Shown here one piece after another: positions 39,277 to 48,279 of a DNA stretch of 64,000 bases. Source of the stretch: a virus; the IMG/VR virus record IMGVR_UViG_3300045988_112808, one strand, 5' to 3'. Under the pieces are notes generated by a model. It searched no databases. It worked only from the letters and a program-made list of their open reading frames with translations, and had not been told where the DNA came from. Numbering within the stretch: the first letter of the stretch is position 1; every line of letters begins with the position of its first letter. Position numbers and translations under genes: made by a program.

Positions 39277-40592
39277 ATTATGAATCTTTTAGACATTTCC
39301 TCTGCAATATCATACACGACCGTATGATCCTCTTCATTGTACGGCTTATTGATATTCAGCACTCCTTTTCTCACTTTGAACTTCTTATCTTTTCTAAGGT
39401 GATTCAACATACCTTGTTGGAACACGCAGTCCGCTTTCTCCATAGCAGCATTTTTATCAGACCATTCTTTTAGCGTATAACCTTTACTGTTCGTGCTTTT
39501 TGGAGAAAAATTCATAATACGTGCATCAATTCCGTACCAGTTTTTAACCATTCTTCTTTCAGCCTCCAATTGAAAAGCGTGTTCATTTCGTATGTCACCT
39601 GATTTAAAATCTAAGATAACAATCTCTTCTTTCTCCACTTCTCTCACTTCCTTCTTCGGATCACCTTTTTTGAACTGCCCTGTGGCCCTTTGATACACGG
39701 CTCCAAAATAACCTTCTTCTTTGTATTTGAATGTCATTTCAACCATCGCATCTATCGGCGTAGCTACCAAATAGTCCTCTAATGACAATATTCTTTCAAT
39801 CATCATCGGCTTAACCTTATACTCCGAACAAAACTTAGCAAACTTCATAACTCTGACAATCATATCATCAAGATCATCTATGCTACCAAAGAATTTGTCA
39901 AGATTCTTTTTTGATATTTTAAGCTTGCCTTCTTGCACTGTCTTAACTATAAAACTTCGATTTAAGACCATATCTCTACCTGTCAAGTACAATCCGTATA
40001 GGTAGTGCATGATCGTTCCTTTATCTGCATCATATTCTGATACTTCTTCCGGATTGCGACCAATCATCCTCATCTCCTGTCTCCATTCTTGAAGAGCCGT
40101 CTTGTCATCTACGAATCCGTCTCTGATCATGGTTGTTACCGAGGCGTATATCTTGGCTGTCCCATCGTCCATCTTTCTTACATAAAAACGATTACCGTCT
40201 AATGTCAATCTTACGAATTTGGGAGTCTCGATCTTCTTTAACTCATCACAGATATAAAACGGTTCTAACGTTTCCTGATTTTCTGTAAACGGATTCGAAT
40301 CCTCTTCTCCAGGGTTAGGAGCGGCTTCCTCCGCCGGAGCTTCCGGTTCCTCCTTCTGGGCCTGCTCTGGCTCAGGCGCCGGCTCTTCAACTACTGGAAC
40401 CTGTCCACCTCTTTCCGCTATGTCTCTGTTCTTTATTAAAGACATAACCTCCTTCTTCAACTGCTCCGGTGTTTGATTAGGATCTGACACCGACATCACA
40501 ACATCGTTCATTCTAAACAACGTATTTCCTTTTCCCTCCACCATAGGTACAAACCCTAAATCTGTCAATATTTTTATTTTCTGTTCTATCAT
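39273..40592 (-). CDS. RecB-family PD-(D/E)xK nuclease (YqaJ/lambda-exonuclease-like) with N-terminal extension
   Basis: EIVILDFKSGD (D-h-K-S-G) followed by QLEAERRMVKNWYG (QxxxY-like). Confidence 0.55.
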   Translation of the reverse strand: MIEQKIKILTDLGFVPMVEGKGNTLFRMNDVVMSVSDPNQTPEQLKKEVMSLIKNRDIAERGGQVPVVEEPAPEPEQAQKEEPEAPAEEAAPNPGEEDSNPFTENQETLEPFYICDELKKIETPKFVRLTLDGNRFYVRKMDDGTAKIYASVTTMIRDGFVDDKTALQEWRQEMRMIGRNPEEVSEYDADKGTIMHYLYGLYLTGRDMVLNRSFIVKTVQEGKLKISKKNLDKFFGSIDDLDDMIVRVMKFAKFCSEYKVKPMMIERILSLEDYLVATPIDAMVEMTFKYKEEGYFGAVYQRATGQFKKGDPKKEVREVEKEEIVILDFKSGDIRNEHAFQLEAERRMVKNWYGIDARIMNFSPKSTNSKGYTLKEWSDKNAAMEKADCVFQQGMLNHLRKDKKFKVRKGVLNINKPYNEEDHTVVYDIAEEMSKRFII

Positions 40593-40674
40593 CGCAATTT
40601 CTCAATTAATTCCTCTTTAACATAATACAACACAGTTACAGTCTCATCAATATCTGTGGCTGCTTTCTCAAATA

Positions 40675-41196
40675 CTATTTGGGGTTATATCTGTCAATTA
40701 TTTCAATAATCAACCTACCTCTTTCTTTAATCATTCCCCTGCTTTCCATATCCAGTACCTTCTTTACCGCATATTTCCACACAAAAGGAAATTCTGTTTC
40801 AAGTTTATCAAATTCTATCCGGTCAAGATACATGTCGAATACCGTATGCTCCGATTCATGTAGAAAAACTATATTATCTCTGCAAGTGGCAACCGACTTA
40901 TATATCCTTTTCGGAAGTATGTGACATACGTTACATACTGTAGGAAAATGAATAGCCCTACCAGTCATAGACATCCGAATACTATTTAGCTCTTCCAGCA
41001 TAAGACGAAAAAACCCGGATAAATCCGGGCTCTCTAACTTTTTCTTCTTGCTGCTGTTTTTAATGGATGTAATTCTGTTTTTCTTCTTCGGAGTCAACTC
41101 TTTGCTCCTGCAAGCCTGGCATAAGCCATGACTTCTTATCATCACTTTTCGTCCGCATCGTTCGCAGACGTATAGCTTCTTTTCCTTGCTTTCCAT
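40675..41196 (-). CDS. HNH endonuclease-like protein with N-terminal zinc ribbon
   Basis: CERCG...CQAC; CNVCHILPK...RDNIVFLHESEH (C-x2-CH..PK, N, H). Confidence 0.5.
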   Translation of the reverse strand: MESKEKKLYVCERCGRKVMIRSHGLCQACRSKELTPKKKNRITSIKNSSKKKKLESPDLSGFFRLMLEELNSIRMSMTGRAIHFPTVCNVCHILPKRIYKSVATCRDNIVFLHESEHTVFDMYLDRIEFDKLETEFPFVWKYAVKKVLDMESRGMIKERGRLIIEIIDRYNPK

Positions 41197-41381
41197 TCGA
41201 ATAATAATGATATTATTGAAAAGAACAATCCCGCTGAAGCCAGTAGATAAGGTACGTTCATTAATAATTTAGATACCTCGTCTGTCTTAATCACTATCAA
41301 AAGGAAAGCGCCTGCTGAAAGCAATGATATTATCGCCACAACAAGCGCTATGTTGGAAACTACATCAGCCTTACTCTTCAC
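41142..41381 (-). CDS. small membrane protein (79 aa)
   Basis: Two hydrophobic helices. Confidence 0.35.
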   Translation of the reverse strand: MKSKADVVSNIALVVAIISLLSAGAFLLIVIKTDEVSKLLMNVPYLLASAGLFFSIISLLFEWKARKRSYTSANDADEK

Positions 41382-41841
41382 TCTTCTTCTCGCCTAATTT
41401 TTCAGCTCCCTTCTGAAGATCGTATTTGAATACGTCAATGATCTTCGTTTCAGCAATAGCTTCGCAATTCCAGTCTCCTAACGTGCCCTGCATACCTTTA
41501 GTTAACACAGCCTCAGCGTCTTTCGGATTGCCGGCCTGGACATACATATAGCATGGCGTTTTCTTTTCTTTACCTTTCTTTTCATCCAGTGTAATGTAAT
41601 TCACCTTACACTTATACCAGTACTCAGCTTCTCCGTTGAAGAAGATTTCCGACACTTTAATAGGATTTATTTTAATAATGTCGAACACTTGAAATAAATC
41701 CTTGAAAATCTCTAAAGATCTTGATTCTGCCTCTGTATAAGACAAGGCATCTACCAAATACTTTTCAGTTACTTTCTTTTTTTTGCCGTTCTCGATATTA
41801 TCAATCTCGGCTTTTACCGTAATTTCAAACCAGCGATTCAT
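41371..41841 (-). CDS. hypothetical protein (156 aa)
   Basis: ORF. Confidence 0.5.
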   Translation of the reverse strand: MNRWFEITVKAEIDNIENGKKKKVTEKYLVDALSYTEAESRSLEIFKDLFQVFDIIKINPIKVSEIFFNGEAEYWYKCKVNYITLDEKKGKEKKTPCYMYVQAGNPKDAEAVLTKGMQGTLGDWNCEAIAETKIIDVFKYDLQKGAEKLGEKKSEE

Positions 41842-41852
41842 TGTATTAATAT

Positions 41853-42107
41853 TTAATTAGTTGATTTCTTTCCTTTCTCTATACTATTTTTAAATCTTTC
41901 AGAACACCACTGCAAAACATCCATCATCATCATCTCATTATTAGATAAGATGCCTTTTATAATTAACGCCAATTGATGCTGTGACATTCTTAGGCTCATA
42001 TCAAATCTTCTTTCCTCTTCATTTACTATCGTGGCTACGAAATACTTACACCCCTCTAAGTGCGTCAGGGCTTCAATCATAGCTTCTTTTATCTCTTTTT
42101 CTTCCAT
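41853..42107 (-). CDS. hypothetical protein (84 aa)
   Basis: ORF. Confidence 0.45.
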   Translation of the reverse strand: MEEKEIKEAMIEALTHLEGCKYFVATIVNEEERRFDMSLRMSQHQLALIIKGILSNNEMMMMDVLQWCSERFKNSIEKGKKSTN

Positions 42108-42183
42108 TCTGTTTGTTTTTTGGACAAAGATATGTCTTTTGATAATAAAAAAAGATTCAAAATGATTTAATTTAGCTTAATTA

Positions 42184-42849
42184 CTACTCTTTTGATTCGT
42201 CCGGCATAGGCATGTCAAACTTTTTCCTGATAAACGATTCTGTTTCTTCATTGAATGGATAGGCCTCCTTAATAAAATTCATAGCTACCTCCATATCACC
42301 GTCTGCTATATCTTTATACCTTTCAAAGATACCAACCAGGTCATTGTTATATGAACGCTCTTGTTTTATGTTGTACACGTATCTCAACACCCTGTCTTTA
42401 ATTTCATTGGCTTTTTTCACAGTATCATTGAAGGAATTTATACTTTCCAATTCTGGATCTTTGCTTTCCTTGTTTACCTTATCAAACTCTTCTTTGCTAT
42501 ACCCCGCTTCCCCTTTAATAGCCGGGCAAACACTTTCTTTTATGATCCAAAACTGTTCATACGATCCTGTCAGAAACCTTGATTTTATTTTAAATGCATT
42601 ATATTTAACAAGCAAATTAGCCACCTCAGTTGCACCTTCTATGGTTCTAAAACCGATGCCGATATCTTCTAACATAAATACTGGAACTCCAGTTCTTGGA
42701 TACACGACTTCTTTTTTGTTCTTTATATTCCAGTTTTTAGCTTCAATTGGAATACCTTTACCAGCAAGCTCTTTGTCTATATACAGACTTATCTCTTCGT
42801 CTGTCAATGCCACAATCTCATCTCTGCTTAAATCAAAAACTGTTTTCAT
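42184..42849 (-). CDS. hypothetical protein (221 aa)
   Basis: ORF. Confidence 0.5.
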   Translation of the reverse strand: MKTVFDLSRDEIVALTDEEISLYIDKELAGKGIPIEAKNWNIKNKKEVVYPRTGVPVFMLEDIGIGFRTIEGATEVANLLVKYNAFKIKSRFLTGSYEQFWIIKESVCPAIKGEAGYSKEEFDKVNKESKDPELESINSFNDTVKKANEIKDRVLRYVYNIKQERSYNNDLVGIFERYKDIADGDMEVAMNFIKEAYPFNEETESFIRKKFDMPMPDESKE

Positions 42850-43049
42850 TTCTTTTTATTTATTAAATTAAACAATCTACCTCTTTGTTCAGGCTCCGTA
42901 TATTCTACCCATATATCGGCTGCCACATTTCTAAGAAATTCCATAAAGTCTTGATGATCCCTGTATTCAGCAGAATCAACTTTTCTCACAAAACTTAGAA
43001 TTTCCTTTAACATCTTATTGTTTTCTTCAAGAAGTTCTCTGTCGGTCAT
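42846..43049 (-). CDS. hypothetical protein (67 aa)
   Basis: ORF. Confidence 0.4.
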   Translation of the reverse strand: MTDRELLEENNKMLKEILSFVRKVDSAEYRDHQDFMEFLRNVAADIWVEYTEPEQRGRLFNLINKKK

Positions 43050-43055
43050 AACCTT

Positions 43056-43304
43056 TCAAATTTTCTTCTTATGGTGTTGATTCTTTACCGCTCTGGCTAC
43101 CTCCGACAACTCCACGTCCCTTTCCATTGTTACCCGAAAATCTTCTTCTGTTAAAGAAAAAGACATAGTTAATGTAGGAGTATCCTTAAAATACCAATCA
43201 CATAATTCTTTTAACTCTTTACGTTCATCCTAGTTTTTACATTTATGAATGGTAAGGTAATTCATTCTTTCCTCTTTTTCTTTGTCTGTTAAATCTTTTT
43301 TCAT
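43056..43304 (-). pseudogene. small ORF (83 codons) interrupted by a single in-frame TAG at 43230-43232
   Basis: MKKDLTDKEKEERMNYLTIHKCKN-TAG-DERKELKELCDWYFKDTPTL...KNQHHKKKI; same frame before and after the TAG; no ATG restart for 30 codons. Confidence 0.35.
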
Positions 43305-43337
43305 AATTCTAACTTTTAAAATTGAGTATATAATTAC

Positions 43338-43604
43338 CTAAGGTAATAGATCATCCAAATAAGCCCATGATTCCATTTCATCTAATCTGCATAAAATACA
43401 TCCTGGACGGCTGGATATAAAAGTTCTGTTCTCTTCCAATATACCCATAATTGGATTCTTTGATCCTATTGTTGATTTCTTAGGGAGAAACACAATAAAA
43501 CGGTGGCAATCTGGAATTACTGTTATAGAATGCCACACGCTGTTAATGCGCCATTCTGCACCAGCTTTAAAAAGAGGAACAGCAAATTCTATATCTTGTT
43601 TCAT
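43338..43604 (-). CDS. hypothetical protein (88 aa)
   Basis: ORF. Confidence 0.45.
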   Translation of the reverse strand: MKQDIEFAVPLFKAGAEWRINSVWHSITVIPDCHRFIVFLPKKSTIGSKNPIMGILEENRTFISSRPGCILCRLDEMESWAYLDDLLP

Positions 43605-43648
43605 GTCTTATTATTGTTTAATTAATTTAAATATTTTTAGTTTTGAAA

Positions 43649-43894
43649 TTATTTAATATGCTTATCGGCTGGATTGATTATCAATCCATCGTCACATGAA
43701 GGGAATGATATGTTAGATTCTCCATTATCAAGATTAGTCAGTTTAACCGTTCCAGCATATTCATCATCCACAAAAAACAATTGACCCGAAGAAACCACAA
43801 ACCTGCATTGATATGCATTCATCATTGCTCCAAGTTGTCTAATCTTAGTTTTAATCTCTAAAAGTTGAGCGTTGTTGATTATATTCTTATTCAT
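43649..43894 (-). CDS. hypothetical protein (81 aa)
   Basis: ORF. Confidence 0.45.
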   Translation of the reverse strand: MNKNIINNAQLLEIKTKIRQLGAMMNAYQCRFVVSSGQLFFVDDEYAGTVKLTNLDNGESNISFPSCDDGLIINPADKHIK

Positions 43895-44047
43895 ATTTTA
43901 TTAAAGTTTATCTATTATTTTGTCACCCATTTCCTGCCATTCATCACTCACGCTTATAACCAATCCTATGACAGTTGATGATAATAACAATGTAAAAATA
44001 AGCCATAACAGAAAGCAGATAAAAACACATACATACCTCATGATTTT

Positions 44048-44794
44048 TTAGTTGTTAGATAAAAGCAAAATCGGTTCATTTGACTCCGCAATTGCTTTTA
44101 TTTGTTCTGGATTGACAAAACTCTTAACTTGTTCGCTTATATTACAAATGGACTTGATCATATCAACGAATAATTTCGAGGTACATTCGTTACACTCCAC
44201 TTCCATTACCTGTTTATGTCTATTGTATGATATGCTCGTTACACAATTCAGCCAGTGCGCATAAGTTCCTTTTTCTGTATTTAACCTGCCGTATTCTACT
44301 TTTGTCTCTCCATTTCCATATTCAATTACTCTTTTTAGAAATGGTTTTGCATAAACACTAAAACCGAAAGGTTGGGTGTTTAAGGCATCTAAACGGGAAG
44401 TTCCATCTCTCCATTTTCCATTTTCATCGCCTCCTGTCCATTCCTTAGAGGGGTTAGGGACAATATTTCCGTTTTTGTCATAGGAAAACGTGCAATTCGT
44501 TTCCAGTTGATACTTAATAACAGGCACTTCTTCTACTATTTTATAACTCAAACATCTCTTCAGAACTTCCCTGATTTGACTTTCCAAATCAGAAAGTGCT
44601 ATACTATTGAAATATCCTTCGTTGCCTAATCTGTTTGTAGGTAATTTGATCCCATAAGAATGAATCTTGTCCACATCTTCTTTTGACAAGGTAGTGGTAA
44701 ACACTCCTTCTTTGGTGACATTCACTTTAACAGTTACAGACAAACTGTTATTAGCGTTCTTTTCCGTTATATTTAGTGTTGTTAATGCTGCCAT
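44048..44794 (-). CDS. hypothetical protein (248 aa)
   Basis: ORF. Confidence 0.5.
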   Translation of the reverse strand: MAALTTLNITEKNANNSLSVTVKVNVTKEGVFTTTLSKEDVDKIHSYGIKLPTNRLGNEGYFNSIALSDLESQIREVLKRCLSYKIVEEVPVIKYQLETNCTFSYDKNGNIVPNPSKEWTGGDENGKWRDGTSRLDALNTQPFGFSVYAKPFLKRVIEYGNGETKVEYGRLNTEKGTYAHWLNCVTSISYNRHKQVMEVECNECTSKLFVDMIKSICNISEQVKSFVNPEQIKAIAESNEPILLLSNN

Positions 44795-45083
44795 AATCAG
44801 ATCTTTTTAAAATCAATTCGAATAAATATAATACATTCCTGCTTCATATACCTTATGTACATCAGGGTCATTCTTGTCTTCCGGTTCCAATTCACTCTCT
44901 TCACAAGTATAATTCAGAGTTGTAGTACATATCCTCGTCTGTTTTCTCCAAGGAACAATCTTTCATTAGATTCATATTTTCTCCCCATACTGCAACTTCT
45001 TGTCGTTGCTCTTCTTCTGTCATAAGGGATATTTTGTCTTTTAATTCTTTCCAGGTCATGATTTCTAAAATATGATCAATAAT

Positions 45084-45467
45084 TCATTCTACATCAAAAA
45101 GTTGATCTAACACCAATAATTCGGCATCCATGTCTTCATCTTTCGGGAAACGAACTTTTATGTTTCCGAACTTAGATGTCTTAAACAAGATATAGGGGTT
45201 CATATCTTCGGCAGTCACCGGCTTATACTCCTTAACTTCCGACATCTTGAGATACCAGTCACCTATTTTTACAAACCCCGAAAAGATAGAACACAGATGC
45301 GCTTTCACGGACAGTATTTCCCTTTTATCTTTAAGGGGTATAATTTCCTCCTTCCCTCTTATCCTGATTGACAGGAAAGGACGAATGTTGTCTGTTTCAT
45401 TTTGGAATCTGAAGCCTGTTATGGCTTGCTTGGGGATTCTTCTTCCCATTAATATAAAATAGCTCAT
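45084..45467 (-). CDS. hypothetical protein (127 aa)
   Basis: ORF. Confidence 0.45.
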   Translation of the reverse strand: MSYFILMGRRIPKQAITGFRFQNETDNIRPFLSIRIRGKEEIIPLKDKREILSVKAHLCSIFSGFVKIGDWYLKMSEVKEYKPVTAEDMNPYILFKTSKFGNIKVRFPKDEDMDAELLVLDQLFDVE

Positions 45468-45469
45468 TG

Positions 45470-45811
45470 TTATAAGTGATTTTGTTTTATATCAGGTAAG
45501 TAATTTGTAATAACATCAAGTGATATCCATAACTCTGGCTCTATGCTGTTTTTTATTCTATCACTAAAAAGCGAATTATCATCACAATCACAATGAGAGA
45601 TTGTGATATAACAATCTTGATAATCCCACCAATGAGCCGATTTAAAATCGTCCCCTCCATTCCAGAATCCTATTCTTATACCTCTTGGGTTGAAATCTTC
45701 ATCTATCCAACTTGGATGATAAGCCAACACTTCTTCTCCCTCTGGAGGTTTTTCCTCTTTGTATTTCTTCCAGTTCATATCACTTTTAATTAGTTGGACA
45801 CAAATGTACAA
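45470..45811 (-). CDS. DUF551-like phage protein
   Basis: MNWKKYKEEKPPEGEEVLAYHPSW resembles DUF551 W...lPe.g..VLv N-terminal signature. Confidence 0.35.
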   Translation of the reverse strand: MYICVQLIKSDMNWKKYKEEKPPEGEEVLAYHPSWIDEDFNPRGIRIGFWNGGDDFKSAHWWDYQDCYITISHCDCDDNSLFSDRIKNSIEPELWISLDVITNYLPDIKQNHL

Positions 45812-46590
45812 ATTTTATTAAGATACCCTTCTGTCATCTCTATGAAATTCACACAATCTAATTTGCTTAACTTGTAAATCAATGCCGGATTGTGTACTAT
45901 GGCTATAATTTGTGTTTGTGGTTTATGGAATGACAATACATTATAAATTTGCATTATGTTGTCAATGTCAAGATTCCTGTCTGGCTCATCCATGAGAACC
46001 GTGTATTCAAAACTGCTTTCTGTTAATGTTATGCGGTTTCTTTCATAATACTTCAACAGGTTATCAATTCTTTTAATCCAAAACGCATTTGATTTTTTCT
46101 TGTATTCTACAAGATCTTGTATTGGAAATGTATAATCCTTTTGACCGAACATTAAATTGAAAAGTGATTCCAATGACAACACCACTTTCTCTCCATAAGA
46201 TCTTCGAATATTATTCACATACAAATCTAAGTTGCTGATGTTTTTCAATACGCTATCTCGATTCATCTCCGCCGATGGCAATAAACGGAATACTTTCCCT
46301 GCATAATCGGATGATATGTCAATCCCATCAAGAACCTTGTCATCATCATCATCAAATATAGGTGGAAAATCCAGTGCCTCGATCGGTATTTCAGAACACA
46401 TGGATTTCTCACATAACGCATACATTGATATGATGTTAAGCAAGGTTGATTTTCCACTACCGTTTTTACCTATAATTACATTCACTCCTGGCTTGAAAAT
46501 AAATTCTCTGCCATTTTCAAATGCTTCTATATTAGAAACGTATTCAAATGGAGTTTTTGTATTGTCTTTTATTTTTACCGATGTTATCAT
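45790..46590 (-). CDS. compact ABC-type ATPase (AAA_15/AAA_21-like, no fused effector domain)
   Basis: Walker A VIIGKNGSGKST, signature-like RSYGEKVVLSL, Walker B/D-loop VLMDEPDRNLD, H-loop IAIVHNP; only 266 aa. Confidence 0.65.
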   Translation of the reverse strand: MITSVKIKDNTKTPFEYVSNIEAFENGREFIFKPGVNVIIGKNGSGKSTLLNIISMYALCEKSMCSEIPIEALDFPPIFDDDDDKVLDGIDISSDYAGKVFRLLPSAEMNRDSVLKNISNLDLYVNNIRRSYGEKVVLSLESLFNLMFGQKDYTFPIQDLVEYKKKSNAFWIKRIDNLLKYYERNRITLTESSFEYTVLMDEPDRNLDIDNIMQIYNVLSFHKPQTQIIAIVHNPALIYKLSKLDCVNFIEMTEGYLNKICTFVSN

Positions 46591-46602
46591 ATGTAATCCT
46601 TT

Positions 46603-47442
46603 TTAAAAATCAATTACCGCCCGAACCCTGTAACTATTGTACTCAATGTTGCTGTGCGTGCCGCCAATGGAGAAGCTCACGAACCATGCGCTGACCTTGC
46701 TGTACTCGGTACTGGACCAATACCGCGCCGAGGAGAGGGGAGATGCCGAAACATAAGCGAATGCTTTGTTTAGTTCGTCCATATGATGGGCCATTAAATT
46801 TAATTGACCAAGAGATGGTATATACTCGTCATCTTCCAGCAGATTTCTCAATTTTGGATTTCTGGCTACAAGGCGTTCCGTATTGCCGCGTCCGTCAATA
46901 TCAAACAGCGCATCACATTCACGTTCGTAATATGTCTCACTTCCGGATTCTTTACGGCTATCATTGTCAAGCAACCGTACACTATCATGCTCCTCCAGCG
47001 AGATAGCAAACGATACGTCTTTGTGTTTTAATCCGATATAACGCACATTCTCTTTAATATTCTCTCCAGTAAACGGCTCAGCGTGTCCGTTTCCGTAGAT
47101 TAGATACAAACCATCTTTTCTTGATGGTACTCTATTTTCACATACACATCTTTCATTTTTGGGACTTACAATTATGTTCAACTCATTCAACACATGATCT
47201 TTTATAACCTCCTTACATATTTTACCTACAAAACCATAGCCTTCTTTTTGTTTAAGTTCGTCATTCACCATACATCTAATCCAATGCTCTATCTGATTGT
47301 TTCCTCCGTATGTATTAAGCATACACTGTTTTACGAGTTTTTCCAATAATGGCTCTATGTTTTTGATTATATCTTCTTTGGTAAGGTGAAGTTCATTTAA
47401 TATGCAGATCCTTACCGCCTTGTATTCTTTACTTGCGCTCAT
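46603..47442 (-). CDS. hypothetical protein, partner of ABC ATPase; weak Toprim-like E...DxD pattern
   Basis: FAISLEEHDSV ... ALFDIDGRGN spacing reminiscent of Toprim; 12-nt gap to ATPase gene. Confidence 0.45.
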   Translation of the reverse strand: MSASKEYKAVRICILNELHLTKEDIIKNIEPLLEKLVKQCMLNTYGGNNQIEHWIRCMVNDELKQKEGYGFVGKICKEVIKDHVLNELNIIVSPKNERCVCENRVPSRKDGLYLIYGNGHAEPFTGENIKENVRYIGLKHKDVSFAISLEEHDSVRLLDNDSRKESGSETYYERECDALFDIDGRGNTERLVARNPKLRNLLEDDEYIPSLGQLNLMAHHMDELNKAFAYVSASPLSSARYWSSTEYSKVSAWFVSFSIGGTHSNIEYNSYRVRAVIDF

Positions 47443-47598
47443 AATATATCTACTTAATACTGTGAATTATATTTTTTTTCTCTCTCCCACTATCTTCCCC
47501 TATAGGATTATTCCATCCGTATTTTACAGCCGTAGCTTTAAATAGAGGAAGTCTATAAAATCTATAATCATTCTCAAGATGAGTATATACTGTTGATT

Positions 47599-48261
47599 TC
47601 ATTTCAGTTCTTTAATTAAAGCATCCGCATATATTACAGCTAATTCAGCCGCCTTATCACACGCTTCCAATATTAATTCACCGTGAGGTCCACGTCCCGA
47701 TACGGATGTGATCGGAAGTATGGTTTTTGCTATCTCGTATCTACGTTGTTCCCAATCTACATGGGTGTTACACGGTTCTTGATTGACCTGTATATATCTT
47801 CCTTCAATATTAGAAGATCTTAATGTTTCCGCATTCTCTTCGCCGAATGCAACCAGAATAGACCCACATCCTGGACTTTCACCTATTGTTCCATCTTCTC
47901 TGTGGAATTTTATCCTTCCTTTCATGAACAATATACCTTTTGCTTTCGGGAATACAACATTCTGAAACATCTTATTGTCAAGACGATTAAAAAGAAGAGC
48001 TATTCCATTATTGTGCTCTACCATACGAGTAATAAAATGCTCTATAGTCGGTCTTGAATAAGGTGGGTTTAACCATACCCTTCCTTCCCATTTTTGTTTT
48101 AATCCATCTTGCTCTTTGTTATACATAACCCTGGCTGTCCTCCATAACGGACGCATAGGCGCACATGGATCTAAATCAAATTCCCCTAAAGCGTCTATAA
48201 TTTCTTTAGGTGTGTACCATTCATCTGTACTGTTTTTAGATTTCTCAAATGATGTATTCAT
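47599..48261 (-). CDS. dam: DNA N6-adenine methyltransferase (phage Dam family)
   Basis: DEWYTP, LDPCA and WLNPPYS motifs. Confidence 0.65.
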   Translation of the reverse strand: MNTSFEKSKNSTDEWYTPKEIIDALGEFDLDPCAPMRPLWRTARVMYNKEQDGLKQKWEGRVWLNPPYSRPTIEHFITRMVEHNNGIALLFNRLDNKMFQNVVFPKAKGILFMKGRIKFHREDGTIGESPGCGSILVAFGEENAETLRSSNIEGRYIQVNQEPCNTHVDWEQRRYEIAKTILPITSVSGRGPHGELILEACDKAAELAVIYADALIKELK

Positions 48262-48279
48262 ATATCTATGTTTTATAAG

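Noticed and set aside
46603-47442. Mre11/SbcD nuclease as partner of the ABC ATPase (SbcCD-like pair)
   Set aside because: The N-terminal D-x-H, GDxxDRG and GNHD/E calcineurin-like phosphoesterase motifs are absent (only GNGHAE), and the ATPase lacks the Rad50/SbcC coiled-coil insertion.
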